The notes: generated by a model not told the origin, from the letters alone. DNA of 64,000 nt from Candidatus Krumholzibacteriota bacterium (GCA_963727455.1 CAVSGG010000017.1:1-64000); one strand, 5' to 3'; positions 1-10,070 are shown, counted from the stretch's first letter. Numbers and translations are program-made.

Positions 1-102
1 TGGGGCTGTTGCAACAGATTGGGGCTTTTCCCATTCCCGGCAAGGCGAGCTGACCCCAAAGCCTGGAGAACTGCGCTCACCTCCCTCAGGAGTTGTTCAG
101 AA

Positions 103-402
103 ATGCTCTCTTGTCCTCTTTGCCAACAGGAGGTCAATCTGCGCAATGTAAAGCGCCCAAAACTGTTCCAGAGCGAGCGCGAGTGCCCTCATTGTGGAGG
201 GCTCTTCACCGTAGACTCCGCAACCAAGAGGAGACAGGCCATCTTCCTGGTTCTGGCAGTGGTGGCTCTGGCGGTGACCATGCTGCTCTATTATGAAGGG
301 ACTGAGTGGCTGATTCCCGCCCTGGTGGTCTATGGAATCGATGCGGTCTATCTATACTGGGCCAACCAGAAAGTCTACCTGGTACCCCCCAGATCGCGAT
401 GA
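103..402 (+). CDS. Small zinc-ribbon membrane protein (hypothetical)
   Basis: AGGAG at 88-92 precedes ATG 103. CPLC...CPHC pair followed by two hydrophobic helices. Stop overlaps the next ATG (ATGA). Confidence 0.7.
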   Translation: MLSCPLCQQEVNLRNVKRPKLFQSERECPHCGGLFTVDSATKRRQAIFLVLAVVALAVTMLLYYEGTEWLIPALVVYGIDAVYLYWANQKVYLVPPRSR

Positions 403-908
403 GAATGAAAATCCGTCAACTAACCCCCGCAGATACCACGCTCTACATCGAACACCGTCGCCAGGCCCTACAAATGGAGCCGCTCGCGTTCCTTTCCTCG
501 CCGCAGGATGATCTCACCGCGGATGCCGACGACTTCCGTAAGAGACTCGGGCAAGCGCCACTCTCGGTCGTCTTTGGTGCATTCGAGGATGAGCTGGTGG
601 GATCGGTTGGAATTTATCGCGAGCCGAAGTTGAAGGCGGCGCACAAAGCGCACATCTGGGGAATGTATGTCGCGGAGCATTGTCGTCGCCGGGGTATCGG
701 CCGCGGACTTCTGCTGGAGGCTGTCCAACACGGTCGCAGCTTGTCCGGTGTGATTCAGCTTCAGTTAGGCGTGTCCGAGGTGGCGGTGGGCGCGCGCAAA
801 CTCTATGAAAGCATGGGATTTCGCTCGTGGGGAGAAGAGCCCCGTTACCTTCAGCACGAGGGTCGATATGTCAGCTGCCAGTATCTTGTCCTTCGACTGG
901 ATGCCTAG
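399..908 (+). CDS. GNAT family N-acetyltransferase
   Basis: Motif A 'WGMYVAEHCRRRGIGRGLL' and 'ARKLYESMGF'. ATGA coupling to the upstream gene. Confidence 0.9.
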   Translation: MRMKIRQLTPADTTLYIEHRRQALQMEPLAFLSSPQDDLTADADDFRKRLGQAPLSVVFGAFEDELVGSVGIYREPKLKAAHKAHIWGMYVAEHCRRRGIGRGLLLEAVQHGRSLSGVIQLQLGVSEVAVGARKLYESMGFRSWGEEPRYLQHEGRYVSCQYLVLRLDA

Positions 909-992
909 TCGAACGCCTTCGCATCCCTGGCGATGAATGACGTTCGACTTCACTCTGCTTGAGCGATTTGCGAACCGGAGAGGAGAATTCAC

Positions 993-1730
993 ATGGATGA
1001 GACTCATTTCAGTCGGAGAATGCTTCTTGCCCGCGGTGGAATGGTGCTCGCAGCCTCTGTGCTCAGTCGTCCCGTTTGGGCGGAGGAGGAGGACGAAGTT
1101 CCCGAAGAGGGGATTTCGCCACCCGAAGATTTGATGCGCGAGCATGGGGTCCTGAACCGAATCCTATTGATCTACGAAGAGGCGCTGCACCGCCTGGAGG
1201 CCAAGGACTCTCTGCCCCAAGAGCCGCTGTTGGCCGCAGCCCGCCTTGTGCGCGAATTCGTGGAGGACTACCACGAGAGGCTGGAGGAGGAGCACCTCTT
1301 TCCCCGCTTTCGAAAGGCGAAGAAGCTCGTCAGATTGGTCGACGTTCTCCTGGAACAGCATCGCGCAGGACGCGGTCTGACAGATGTAACGATTCGCCTC
1401 GTCACCCCAAAGGCGCTCGAGAATCAAGATGATCGCCGCGAACTCGCCGACACTCTGCGCCAGTTCGTTCGTATGTACCGCCCACACGAGGCTCGCGAGG
1501 ATACCGTGCTCTTTCCTGCCTTTCGAAGCGTAGTCAGTGAGGCGGAATTCCGTGAGCTTGGCGAACAGTTCGAGCGGAAAGAGGATGAACTCTTTGGCTC
1601 CGAGGGCTTTTTCAAGGTCGTCGACCGGGTCGCGGAAATCGAACGAGAATTTGGCATCCACGAACTCGCCAAATTCACCCCGACCTTCGTTCCACGCGGC
1701 AAGCCGACGCCGAAGAATCACGGCAACTAG
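993..1730 (+). CDS. Hemerythrin-like (HHE) domain protein with Tat signal
   Basis: N-terminal SRRMLL plus hydrophobic stretch ending VWA. Motifs 'LMREHG', 'YHERLEEEHLFP', 'EQH' and 'HEAREDTVLFP'. RBS AGGAG. Confidence 0.85.
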   Translation: MDETHFSRRMLLARGGMVLAASVLSRPVWAEEEDEVPEEGISPPEDLMREHGVLNRILLIYEEALHRLEAKDSLPQEPLLAAARLVREFVEDYHERLEEEHLFPRFRKAKKLVRLVDVLLEQHRAGRGLTDVTIRLVTPKALENQDDRRELADTLRQFVRMYRPHEAREDTVLFPAFRSVVSEAEFRELGEQFERKEDELFGSEGFFKVVDRVAEIEREFGIHELAKFTPTFVPRGKPTPKNHGN

Positions 1731-1751
1731 TTAGCTCGAAGGACGGACGCC

Positions 1752-2687
1752 ATGGCCCAAAGCTCCGACATTCTCGGCTCGATCGGCAGAACCCCTCTGG
1801 TGGAACTGCGCAAGATCGTTCCTGCCGGATCCGCCCGCGTTCTGCTGAAACTCGAGAGCCAGAACCCCACCGGCAGCATGAAAGACCGCATGGCGCGGGC
1901 CGTCATCGAGGGAGCGATCTCTCGCGGGGAGTTGCCCCAGGGAGGGAGAGTCGTCGAATACACCGGGGGCAGCACGGGAACCTCGCTGGCCTTCGTCTGT
2001 GCGGCTATGGGCTACCCCATCACCCTCGTGAGCTCGGATGCCTTCAGCCGAGAGAAGCGCGATCACATGCGGGCGCTGGGCGCGGAAGTCATCGAAATAG
2101 CCAGCGAGGGGGGACACACGACGAAGGAACTCATCCAGCGCATGATCGCCAAGGCGGGCGAAATGGCCGAGGAGCCCAACACCTTCGCGGCGGACCAGTT
2201 CAACAATCCCGATGCCGCCGATGGCTATGCACCGATGGCCGAGGAGATCTGGCAGCAATCGGGCCGGAGCGTGGATGCTTTCGTGCAATCGGTCGGAACC
2301 GCGCAGTGCATTACAGGAGCGGCTCGCGTCCTGCGCGCAAGGAATCCGAAGATCATCATCGTGGCGGTCGAACCAGCTGAGTCGCCGGTTCTCTCCGGCG
2401 GGTCATCCGGTCCCCACGAGATCGAGGGAGTGGGGCCCGGATTCGTGCCGCCACTGTGGGAGCCGGAACTTGCGAACGAGATCGCCCAGGTCTCAAGTAG
2501 CGAGGCCCAGGAGATGGCTCGGCGGCTCGCCAAGGAGGAGGCTATTTTCGCGGGAACCTCAACCGGTGCCAACCTCGTAGTGGCATTGAGCCTGGCCGCC
2601 GTCCTCGGCTCAGGCTGCACCGTCGTGACCCTCACATGCGACAGTGGGTTGAAATATCTTTCGACGGATCTGTATGCTTCAGGCTGA
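1752..2687 (+). CDS. PLP-dependent cysteine synthase family protein
   Basis: 'IGRTPLVEL', 'KLESQNPTGSMKDR' (PLP Lys), 'HEIEGVG', 'CDSGLKYLST'. The substrate loop reads EYTGGSTG rather than EPTSGNTG, so this is a divergent subfamily. Confidence 0.9.
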   Translation: MAQSSDILGSIGRTPLVELRKIVPAGSARVLLKLESQNPTGSMKDRMARAVIEGAISRGELPQGGRVVEYTGGSTGTSLAFVCAAMGYPITLVSSDAFSREKRDHMRALGAEVIEIASEGGHTTKELIQRMIAKAGEMAEEPNTFAADQFNNPDAADGYAPMAEEIWQQSGRSVDAFVQSVGTAQCITGAARVLRARNPKIIIVAVEPAESPVLSGGSSGPHEIEGVGPGFVPPLWEPELANEIAQVSSSEAQEMARRLAKEEAIFAGTSTGANLVVALSLAAVLGSGCTVVTLTCDSGLKYLSTDLYASG

Positions 2688-2761
2688 GCTTTCCCCCTCG
2701 CAGCTTTGCATAGCGAGAGTCCTGTACCATTCTTTTCTTGATCCCGATGGAAGGGGGAAGC

Positions 2762-3814
2762 GTGAATTCCATACGCATTTTCTTTTGTACTTCAATACTC
2801 CTGCTGACCGCCGTTGCCGCTCAGGCCCAGCCCACGCAGCCATCCAAGGTGGCCATCTTTCTGTTCGACAACGTCCAGACGATCGACTACGCGGCTCCTC
2901 TGGAAGTCTTTGGAACCGGTCGTCTCTTCAATACCTATACCGTGGGACAAAGGCCGGGTCCGATCACCACTATTCATGGCACCAAGGTCATTCCAGACTA
3001 TACCTTCGAAAACATGCCGAAGCCGGACATCCTAGTGATCCCCGGTGGCGGCAAGCGCTATCCCGACAACAAAGGTCCCTTTGCCCGCGGTCTTCCCTAT
3101 GCGCAGGATCCGGCGATCACCGATTGGATTCGCCGCACGGCAAAGGAAAGTCAGATCGTGATGTCGGTCTGTAATGGCGCGTTTGGTCTGGCGGAGGCCG
3201 GCTTGCTCGATGGTCTGGAGGCGACGACGACAGCTCCCCTGATTCCAATGCTCCAGAAGAGTCTCCCCAATACCGAAGTACGACACGACAAACGGTTCGT
3301 GGACAACGGGCACATCATCACTTCGGCCGGACTGACCGCGGGGATGGATGCATCGCTGCATGTCGTCGAGCGCATCTACGGCCGCGGTGTGGCGGAGACC
3401 CGGGCCTTGGGATTGGAGTATAACTGGGATCCAGAAGGTACTTGGACGCGCGCCGATTTGGCGGATCAATACATGAAATTCGATTTCCAGGGTTTCGATG
3501 ATTCAGGCTGGACTCCCATCGAACGTAAGGGGAACGAGAATCACTGGGTGAACCGCTGGACCGTTGTGATGCCGCAGTCTGCCAGCGAGATTTTGGCGAT
3601 CATGGACAAGACCCTGGAGACGAATCACACCTATCAGAAGATGCCGGTGAGCTGGAAGCGCGCGGGGCAAGTGCAGAGCAACGAAACCAAGAGCTATTGG
3701 CAGTTCACGGATGAAGACGGGTCGCAGTGGCTCGGAATTGCCAGTGTGACGCCGATCGCGAAAGAGCAAGCTAAGAACCAGTACGAACTGAAGCTCACCA
3801 TCACCAAGCAGTAG
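2762..3814 (+). CDS. Secreted DJ-1/PfpI family protein with C-terminal extension
   Basis: Signal peptide ending AQA. Motifs 'DILVIPGG', 'MSVCNGAFGLAEAGLLDG' (nucleophile Cys) and 'ITSAGLTAGMD'. Confidence 0.85.
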   Translation: MNSIRIFFCTSILLLTAVAAQAQPTQPSKVAIFLFDNVQTIDYAAPLEVFGTGRLFNTYTVGQRPGPITTIHGTKVIPDYTFENMPKPDILVIPGGGKRYPDNKGPFARGLPYAQDPAITDWIRRTAKESQIVMSVCNGAFGLAEAGLLDGLEATTTAPLIPMLQKSLPNTEVRHDKRFVDNGHIITSAGLTAGMDASLHVVERIYGRGVAETRALGLEYNWDPEGTWTRADLADQYMKFDFQGFDDSGWTPIERKGNENHWVNRWTVVMPQSASEILAIMDKTLETNHTYQKMPVSWKRAGQVQSNETKSYWQFTDEDGSQWLGIASVTPIAKEQAKNQYELKLTITKQ

Positions 3815-3853
3815 AGCAGCTCGACGCGGAGAAACAAGGGAGAAGATCCGATC

Positions 3854-4246
3854 ATGTTTGAAAGTAAGCAGAGCATCCACAGCGTCAAGGCGAGCGAGCG
3901 CACGATACTGCCCGGGCCCGAAGACGCCCCCTTCATTCGGGAAGAGATGTTCGACAATGGGCACATATGGATGGGAATCGTGACTCTCGAGCCAGGGCGC
4001 ATGTCTCCCTGGCACCATCACGGCCAGTACGAAACCTTCGCCTACGTACTAGAAGGGGAGGCCATCGTCGAACACGGACCGGGAGGTAGCCAACGGCTGG
4101 AAGCCACCGCCGATGGCTCGTTGCACATCATTCCTCCTGGAACTCCCCATCGGGAGGTCAATCCAGGGACCGTGCGTAATCGATTGCTCGTGGTGCGGGT
4201 GGGCGAGGGGCCGCCAATATTCCCTTTGGACGGTCCTCCGGCCTGA
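3854..4246 (+). CDS. Cupin domain protein
   Basis: 'SPWHHHGQYETFAYVLEG' and 'IPPGTPHREVN' are cupin metal motifs. Confidence 0.85.
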   Translation: MFESKQSIHSVKASERTILPGPEDAPFIREEMFDNGHIWMGIVTLEPGRMSPWHHHGQYETFAYVLEGEAIVEHGPGGSQRLEATADGSLHIIPPGTPHREVNPGTVRNRLLVVRVGEGPPIFPLDGPPA

Positions 4247-4334
4247 GGCAACCCCCTGCTTGTTGTCGCGGGTCTTCTGGCGTGCCATACTCGCGGCAGT
4301 TTCGAGTTACCAGTCCTACGCGGAGGGATTCTCG

Positions 4335-4559
4335 ATGATCAAGAACATGGGTTCCACGGATCGCGTCGTTCGCGTACTCATCGCCCTGGTTGCGGCGCTG
4401 CTGTATTTCACCGGAAGAGTCGAGGGTGTTCTGGGAGTGATTCTGGTGATCGTGGCCGCGATATTCTTGGTGACCAGTCTCATGGGTCATTGTCCAGGGT
4501 ACTTGCCCCTGGGGATATCTACCTGCAAGAAGCCCAAGGATCCATCCTCCATTGCCTGA
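4335..4559 (+). CDS. DUF2892/YgaP-like small membrane protein
   Basis: 'KNMGSTDRVVR', two TM segments, 'CPGYLPLGISTC'. RBS GGAGG. Confidence 0.85.
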   Translation: MIKNMGSTDRVVRVLIALVAALLYFTGRVEGVLGVILVIVAAIFLVTSLMGHCPGYLPLGISTCKKPKDPSSIA

Positions 4560-4583
4560 TTTCCTGGCACTAGAATCTGCGAG

Positions 4584-5024
4584 GTGCCAAGCGTGAAGCA
4601 ATTCGCTTTGTTGTTTGCCTTTGTGCTGATTGCTCTGGGGGGCTGTTCGCGTGAGGATCGCGCAACACTTGAGTTTCGGATCGCCGAAGAGAATCCGGGT
4701 CCGGGTTTGACAGAATTCACCGCTGAGTCTTCTAGCACCCCTCTTTATCTCCACGAGTCGTTCATCAGCGAAGCCGACGTCGATTCCACCGCCGTAATCA
4801 GCCTGGAAGGGCAGACCGGAATCGCAGTTTTGCTCAAACCGGAAGCAGCCCAGAGGCTGGCGGAGGTGACCGAGCAGAATGTGGGCAAGCGATGCTGCAT
4901 CATCCTGAACGGGAAACTCGTGTCCTCGCCGCGGATTCTCGATCCCATTCGCGGGGGCCGCGCCGTGATCACGGCAGACCTCACGGAGGCCCAAGCGAAG
5001 GAGATCGCGCGGCAACTGCGATGA
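4584..5024 (+). CDS. Lipoprotein with SecD/SecF P1-head-like domain
   Basis: Lipobox LGGC. 'LAEVTEQNVGKRCCIILNGKLVSSPRILDPIRGGRAVIT' resembles the SecD P1 head. Confidence 0.75.
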   Translation: MPSVKQFALLFAFVLIALGGCSREDRATLEFRIAEENPGPGLTEFTAESSSTPLYLHESFISEADVDSTAVISLEGQTGIAVLLKPEAAQRLAEVTEQNVGKRCCIILNGKLVSSPRILDPIRGGRAVITADLTEAQAKEIARQLR

Positions 5025-5102
5025 GACGCTGAGAATGCGGGCCAATCGGGATTCCCTTAGATTCTGTGCATCCCCAAAAATCCAGATGTCGAGGAGGATG
5101 CC

Positions 5103-6062
5103 ATGGCCACACCCAAGATCATCGCCGTCGTCGGAGCCACCGGAGCCCAGGGCGGCGGCCTCGCCCGAGCCATCCTGAGCGATTCAGAAAGCCCCTTTTC
5201 CGTGCGGGCTATCACCCGCAAACCCAACTCCGAGAATGCCCAGAGCTTGGCCAAGATGGGCGCCCAAGTCGTGCAAGCTGATCTCGACGATCCCGAGAGT
5301 CTCAAGAAGGCATTTTCTGGCTGTTATGGAGCGTTCTGCGTCACCAATTTCTGGGAGCACTTTTCGGCGGAGAAGGAAAAGGAGCAGGCCAAGAATCTGG
5401 CCAAGGCCGCCAAGGCGGCAGGCCTTCAGCATGTGATCTGGTCCACCTTGGAGGACACCCGCAAGCTGCTTCCCATCAGCGACGATCGGATGCCCGTCTT
5501 GCAGGACAAGTACAACGTGCCTCACCTGGACGCCAAAGGCGAGGCCGACCAATACTTCCTCGACGAGGGTGTACCGACGACCCTCCTTCGGACCTCGTTC
5601 TTCTGGGAGAATTTCATCAGCTTTGGTTCCGGTCCTCAGCCTGGACCCGATGGTGTGCTTGCTCTGACCATGCCCATGGGCGACGCCAAGTTGCCCGGCA
5701 TCGCGGTCGGAGATATCGGCAAGGCCGCTTACGGCATTTTTCGAGAAGGCCCCTCTTACGTCGGCAAAACGGTCGGAATCGCGGGAGAGCACCCTACGGG
5801 TAGGCAGATGGCAGAGGCGTTCACCGAGGCCTTGGGTCAAGAGGTGCGCTATAACGCCGTGCCAGCCGATGTCTATCGTGGTTTTGCCTTTCCCGGGGCA
5901 GAGGAACTGGGCAACATGTTTCAGTTCAAACGCGACTTCAACGAGGAGTATTGCGGCGCGCGCGACTTGGAGGTGACGCGGAGCCTCAATCCCGAGTTGC
6001 AAGACCTGAAGGGGTGGCTCTCTCAGCACAAGGACCAAATCCCCTTGGAGTCTGCGGGATGA
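5103..6062 (+). CDS. NmrA/HSCARG family NAD(P)-binding protein
   Basis: 'VVGATGAQGG' Rossmann motif, 'VTNFWEH', 'HLDAKGE'. RBS GAGGAGG. Confidence 0.92.
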   Translation: MATPKIIAVVGATGAQGGGLARAILSDSESPFSVRAITRKPNSENAQSLAKMGAQVVQADLDDPESLKKAFSGCYGAFCVTNFWEHFSAEKEKEQAKNLAKAAKAAGLQHVIWSTLEDTRKLLPISDDRMPVLQDKYNVPHLDAKGEADQYFLDEGVPTTLLRTSFFWENFISFGSGPQPGPDGVLALTMPMGDAKLPGIAVGDIGKAAYGIFREGPSYVGKTVGIAGEHPTGRQMAEAFTEALGQEVRYNAVPADVYRGFAFPGAEELGNMFQFKRDFNEEYCGARDLEVTRSLNPELQDLKGWLSQHKDQIPLESAG

Positions 6063-6098
6063 GATCCTGAAGGCATCCGCTTTCGCACAAGGAACGGG

Positions 6099-6710
6099 AT
6101 GAGCGGCAGCGAACCCAAGTTCTTTCGCGAGCCCTCGCGATTCCGCGCATGGCTTCAGAAGAATCACGCTACTCAAAAGGAACTGCTCGTCGGCTTCCAC
6201 AAGAAGGGCTCCGGCGAAGCCAGTATCACTTGGCCCCAGTCGGTCGACGAGGCACTTTGCTTCGGCTGGATCGACGGGATCCGTAGGCGCATCGACGATT
6301 CCAGCTACAGCATTCGCTTCACACCACGCAGGCCGGGAAGCATCTGGAGCAAAGTGAACATCACGCGGGCGGAAGCCCTCATCGAGGAAGGGCGCATGCA
6401 GGCGGCCGGCTTGGCCGCCTACAAGTGCCGCAAGGAAAACAAGTCGGGCATCTACTCCTACGAAAAGCGCAAGCCACAGCTGGAAGAGCCCTACGCGGGG
6501 CTTCTGAAGCGCAAGAAGAAGGCCTGGGAGTTCTTTCAGGGGCAGCCACCCTCATATCGCAAAGCGGTGAGCTGGTGGATCGTGAGCGCCAAGAGAGAGG
6601 AGACGCGACTGCGCCGGTTGGATCAGCTCGTCGAATGCTCGAGGCAAGGGGTGAGGATTCCCCAGTTCCTGTCGAGGCGGCCATCGCCGAAGAAGCGCGG
6701 ATCGAAGTGA
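6099..6710 (+). CDS. YdeI/OmpD-associated family protein
   Basis: 'FRAWLQKNH', 'VDEALCFGWIDG', 'FTPRRPGSIWS', 'AKREETRLRRL'. Confidence 0.9.
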   Translation: MSGSEPKFFREPSRFRAWLQKNHATQKELLVGFHKKGSGEASITWPQSVDEALCFGWIDGIRRRIDDSSYSIRFTPRRPGSIWSKVNITRAEALIEEGRMQAAGLAAYKCRKENKSGIYSYEKRKPQLEEPYAGLLKRKKKAWEFFQGQPPSYRKAVSWWIVSAKREETRLRRLDQLVECSRQGVRIPQFLSRRPSPKKRGSK

Positions 6711-6792
6711 GGGCGTTGCACTCGATAGGTTTTGTGATTGGGACGGCCCACCGAATCCAGCGGTTCCGACAGTGAAAGGAAGGAGAGCAGTA

Positions 6793-7713
6793 GTGCACAC
6801 CATTCTCGGCGCCAACGGCGTCATCGCACAAGGACTCTCGAGCGAGTTGGGCGAGACGGGGATGAAAATCCGGCAGGTAAGTCGGCATCCGGCGAAGGCG
6901 AATCCCACCGACGAGACTCTTGCCGCGGATCTCCTCGATGCCAAGGCGACGGCCCGCGCTGTCGAGGGCAGCGAAGTCGCCTATCTGGTGGCAGGCCTGC
7001 AATACAGCACGGCAGTATGGCGTGAGCAATGGCCCCGTATCATGCGGAACGTGATCGACGCCTGCAAGCAACATCGCTCGCGCCTGGTGTTCTTCGACAA
7101 CGTCTACGCCTATGGCCGGGTGGACGGTGTGATGACCGAAGAGACCCCCTTCAATCCTTGTAGCAAGAAGGGCGAGGTGCGGGCGCAGATTGCCACGACG
7201 CTGCTGGAGGAGATGAAAGCGGGCAATGTAGAGGCTATGATCGTACGGGCGGCCGATTTCTATGGTCCCGGTGCCCTCTTGAGTCTGACCCACTCCACGG
7301 TCTTCGAGAAACTGCGGGCGGGCAAGTCACCCCAGTGGATCGGGAACCCGAAGACAGTTCATACTTTCAGCTATACGCCGGATGCGAGCCACGCGGTAGC
7401 GGTCCTGGCGCAATCCCCCGAAGCTTACGGCCAGACCTGGCATTCGCCCACGAGCAAGGAGGAGTTGACGGGGGAAGACTTCGCGCGCCTGGCGTGTGGA
7501 CAGGCAGGCAGACCCTTCAAGTTGCAAGTCGTCCCGCGCTGGCTGCTGAAGTTGATGGGGATATTCATCCCGGTTTTGCGTGAGAACGACGAAATGATGT
7601 ACCAGTTCGAGTGCGACTATCGCTTCGACAGCTCCAAAGTCGAATCCGCCTACGGCTTGCACGCGACTCCCTACGCGGAAGGCATCAATGCTTCGTTGGA
7701 AGCGGTCCCGTGA
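6793..7713 (+). CDS. NAD-dependent epimerase/dehydratase family protein
   Basis: 'TILGANGVIA', 'FFDNVYAYG', 'RAADFYGP'. GTG start follows AGGAG. Confidence 0.88.
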   Translation: MHTILGANGVIAQGLSSELGETGMKIRQVSRHPAKANPTDETLAADLLDAKATARAVEGSEVAYLVAGLQYSTAVWREQWPRIMRNVIDACKQHRSRLVFFDNVYAYGRVDGVMTEETPFNPCSKKGEVRAQIATTLLEEMKAGNVEAMIVRAADFYGPGALLSLTHSTVFEKLRAGKSPQWIGNPKTVHTFSYTPDASHAVAVLAQSPEAYGQTWHSPTSKEELTGEDFARLACGQAGRPFKLQVVPRWLLKLMGIFIPVLRENDEMMYQFECDYRFDSSKVESAYGLHATPYAEGINASLEAVP

Positions 7714-8288
7714 AGCGATCGATCCTGCCTAGACTGCTCGCGCCGTATCTCGCAGTTGCCGTATTTTGGATCGGTCTGTCCAACGCCTGGCTCACCATCC
7801 TGGCCTATCACGCGCAAATTTTGTACTGGGCTTTCCGGACGGAGAGAGTGGGCTTCAGGCTAATCTCGAAGCCCCAGCTACTCCTTGCCCTACCTACCGT
7901 ATTGACGGGTCCCTTGACCTTCTTCGTTCTTCCTTTCCTCCTGAAAATGAGCCTTTCTGATTGGCTCTTGGCGCACCATCTCTCGGGCCTCTCCTTCATG
8001 CTCATGATTCCGTACTATGGATTCGTGCACCCCATTTTGGAGCAGATGCATTGGGAACCGCTTCGCCGCGCTACCCCGTGGGCACACCCGACCTTCGCCG
8101 CATACCATATGCTGGTTCTCTTCACGCTGCTCGAGGCCCCTTGGCTGTTGTTCTGCTTTGCGATTCTGACGGCAGCGTCCTTTCTGTGGCGCGAGATGGT
8201 TCGTCACAGCGAGAGCCTCGGCGTACCCATCGTCTCGCATATTTTGGCGGATTTTGGTATGGTGCTCGCGGCCTGGTTCCTGCGCTGA
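7710..8288 (+). CDS. Membrane protein, CPBP/Abi intramembrane metalloprotease-like
   Basis: Multiple TM segments. 'ILEQMHW', 'FAAYH' and 'SHILAD' resemble the CPBP motifs EExxxR, FxxxH and HxxxN/D. GTGA overlap with the upstream gene. Confidence 0.6.
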   Translation: MKRSILPRLLAPYLAVAVFWIGLSNAWLTILAYHAQILYWAFRTERVGFRLISKPQLLLALPTVLTGPLTFFVLPFLLKMSLSDWLLAHHLSGLSFMLMIPYYGFVHPILEQMHWEPLRRATPWAHPTFAAYHMLVLFTLLEAPWLLFCFAILTAASFLWREMVRHSESLGVPIVSHILADFGMVLAAWFLR

Positions 8289-8341
8289 GCATCCATCGTC
8301 CTAGGCGTCCAAAGCAGTGGGATCACGGAAGGGGAACCCGC

Positions 8342-8899
8342 ATGCATGTGACCAGACTCAAGCCCGCGCTACTTGCGCTCTGCGTTCTTCTCGGGGCAGC
8401 ATCCGCCGCCGCGAAGCAGCCCCACGTGCTGGGCGACAAGCTGAGCTTCAAGCTGCCCGATCTACAGGGCGAACTGATCAGCTCCTCCGACGAGAGTTTC
8501 GAAGGAAAAGTTATTCTGGTCACGCTCTGGGGTCCGTGGTGCCCTCCTTGCATTAGCGAGATTCCTACCTTCAATCGCCTCCAGTTACGGTATGTAGACC
8601 AGGGTCTCGTGGTGGTGGCGATTGCCTTCGACCGCGGACCAGCCGCGGAGAGCTGGAAGAAAACGCTTCGCATGTTCGTAAAGAAGCATGGAATTATCTA
8701 CTTGATCTTGGACGGAGGTTCCACGGAATCGTTCTCCAAGACTCTGCCAATGATCGACGAGGTGCACGGCCTGCCAGTGGAGATCTTGATCGATCGGAGC
8801 GGGCGGGTCGTGGACTGCCGAAACGGCTACGGCTACAAAGGTAGTTGGGAGAAGAAGCTGGAGGGTCGAATCAAGAAGCTTCTGCAGGAAGCTCCCTGA
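8342..8899 (+). CDS. Exported TlpA/redoxin family thiol-disulfide oxidoreductase
   Basis: Signal peptide, 'WGPWCPPCISEIP', and cis-Pro motif 'GLPVEILIDRSG'. Confidence 0.88.
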   Translation: MHVTRLKPALLALCVLLGAASAAAKQPHVLGDKLSFKLPDLQGELISSSDESFEGKVILVTLWGPWCPPCISEIPTFNRLQLRYVDQGLVVVAIAFDRGPAAESWKKTLRMFVKKHGIIYLILDGGSTESFSKTLPMIDEVHGLPVEILIDRSGRVVDCRNGYGYKGSWEKKLEGRIKKLLQEAP

Positions 8900-9041
8900 G
8901 GCATTCCCTCGCTTCAGTCCTGGCGGGTGATACGTTTCCGCCGAGAGGCTCATATTGAGGGTGACTCTTGTTGCGATCGAGGTAAAATCGAAGCCGCCTT
9001 GTGACGAATCGGATTGGTAAATCTGACAGATTGGACTGAAG

Positions 9042-10070
9042 ATGTCGTTGAAACTCCGCTTCGCCTTCGTCTGCCTCCTCTTGAGTATCGCTTCCACCGC
9101 TTATGCCCAGAGCGTTTTCGTGAGGATCAGGTCGAGCTACGCCGCTTTTGAAATTTTTCGGTCCAGTCGCCTGGACATGTTGGGAGGAGAGGATGTGGCC
9201 GATCCCGGTCCCGCCGCGGTGTTGGTCAATCCCGCGCCCCTGATCGAGAGGGACAGTGCGAATCTAAGCTTCGACCACGCTGACTACTTTCTCGATCTCT
9301 CCTTCAATACCTACGCTGCAGCCGTCGCTCACAAGAACTGGGTTGTTGATATAGCCGTGCAGGAGGTGCATTCCGGTCCAACCCCGGAACGCACCGCCTT
9401 CCAGCCTGGTGGCACGGGACGGACGTTTGAAACGCGCGAGTGGATGGCAGTCGTGGGCCTGAGCTATAACCTGAGCTCCCTGCTCATGCCGGAGACCAAG
9501 ATGCGTTGGTCTGCGGGTGCATCCTGGCACAATTACGCCGGCTCAGGTACCTTCGATCCCGGGACGGCAAACTCCTTCGATCTGGGAACCTCGGCCAGTC
9601 AGCGCTCGGAATATGCAGGCGGGTGGACAGTCTTTTCGGGCGCTCTCATTTTACAGAATGCCTTCGACAATGTCTTTCACATCTATGGACACAGAGTTCA
9701 CTTAAGGAGATTCCTTCGCGCCGGAATGTCTGTTACATCCGCTTGGACGAATGAGGGAAGCCAGGTCGCTCCATTGGCGTTCACCTTGACCTACAGCCGC
9801 GATTTCGAGTTGGGAAGGTACCTCTCCGGAGATTCCGACCACATGGGAGCGGAGGCCCTGCTTTTCCACGCTCTGGCCCTGCGCTACGGCTACAATTCTG
9901 GCTTTGCCGGCGGGCGAGACAGCTGGGGGATCGGGATCCTGCTCGATGATCGTCTCTTGAAATCCCTTCCGATGGAGTTGGAACTGAACCTCGGACGCAC
10001 CTCGTTCGACAACGAGTTCTTCGCAGGGACCAAGACGATTTTTGGCGTCCGCACGCAGTACCAGTTCTAA
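9042..10070 (+). CDS. PorV/PorQ-like (FadL superfamily) outer-membrane beta-barrel
   Basis: Signal peptide ending AYA. 'LGG...AAVLVNPAPL' resembles the PorV/FadL NPA motif. 'GAEALLFHALALRYGY', amphipathic strands and terminal QYQF. Confidence 0.65.
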   Translation: MSLKLRFAFVCLLLSIASTAYAQSVFVRIRSSYAAFEIFRSSRLDMLGGEDVADPGPAAVLVNPAPLIERDSANLSFDHADYFLDLSFNTYAAAVAHKNWVVDIAVQEVHSGPTPERTAFQPGGTGRTFETREWMAVVGLSYNLSSLLMPETKMRWSAGASWHNYAGSGTFDPGTANSFDLGTSASQRSEYAGGWTVFSGALILQNAFDNVFHIYGHRVHLRRFLRAGMSVTSAWTNEGSQVAPLAFTLTYSRDFELGRYLSGDSDHMGAEALLFHALALRYGYNSGFAGGRDSWGIGILLDDRLLKSLPMELELNLGRTSFDNEFFAGTKTIFGVRTQYQF

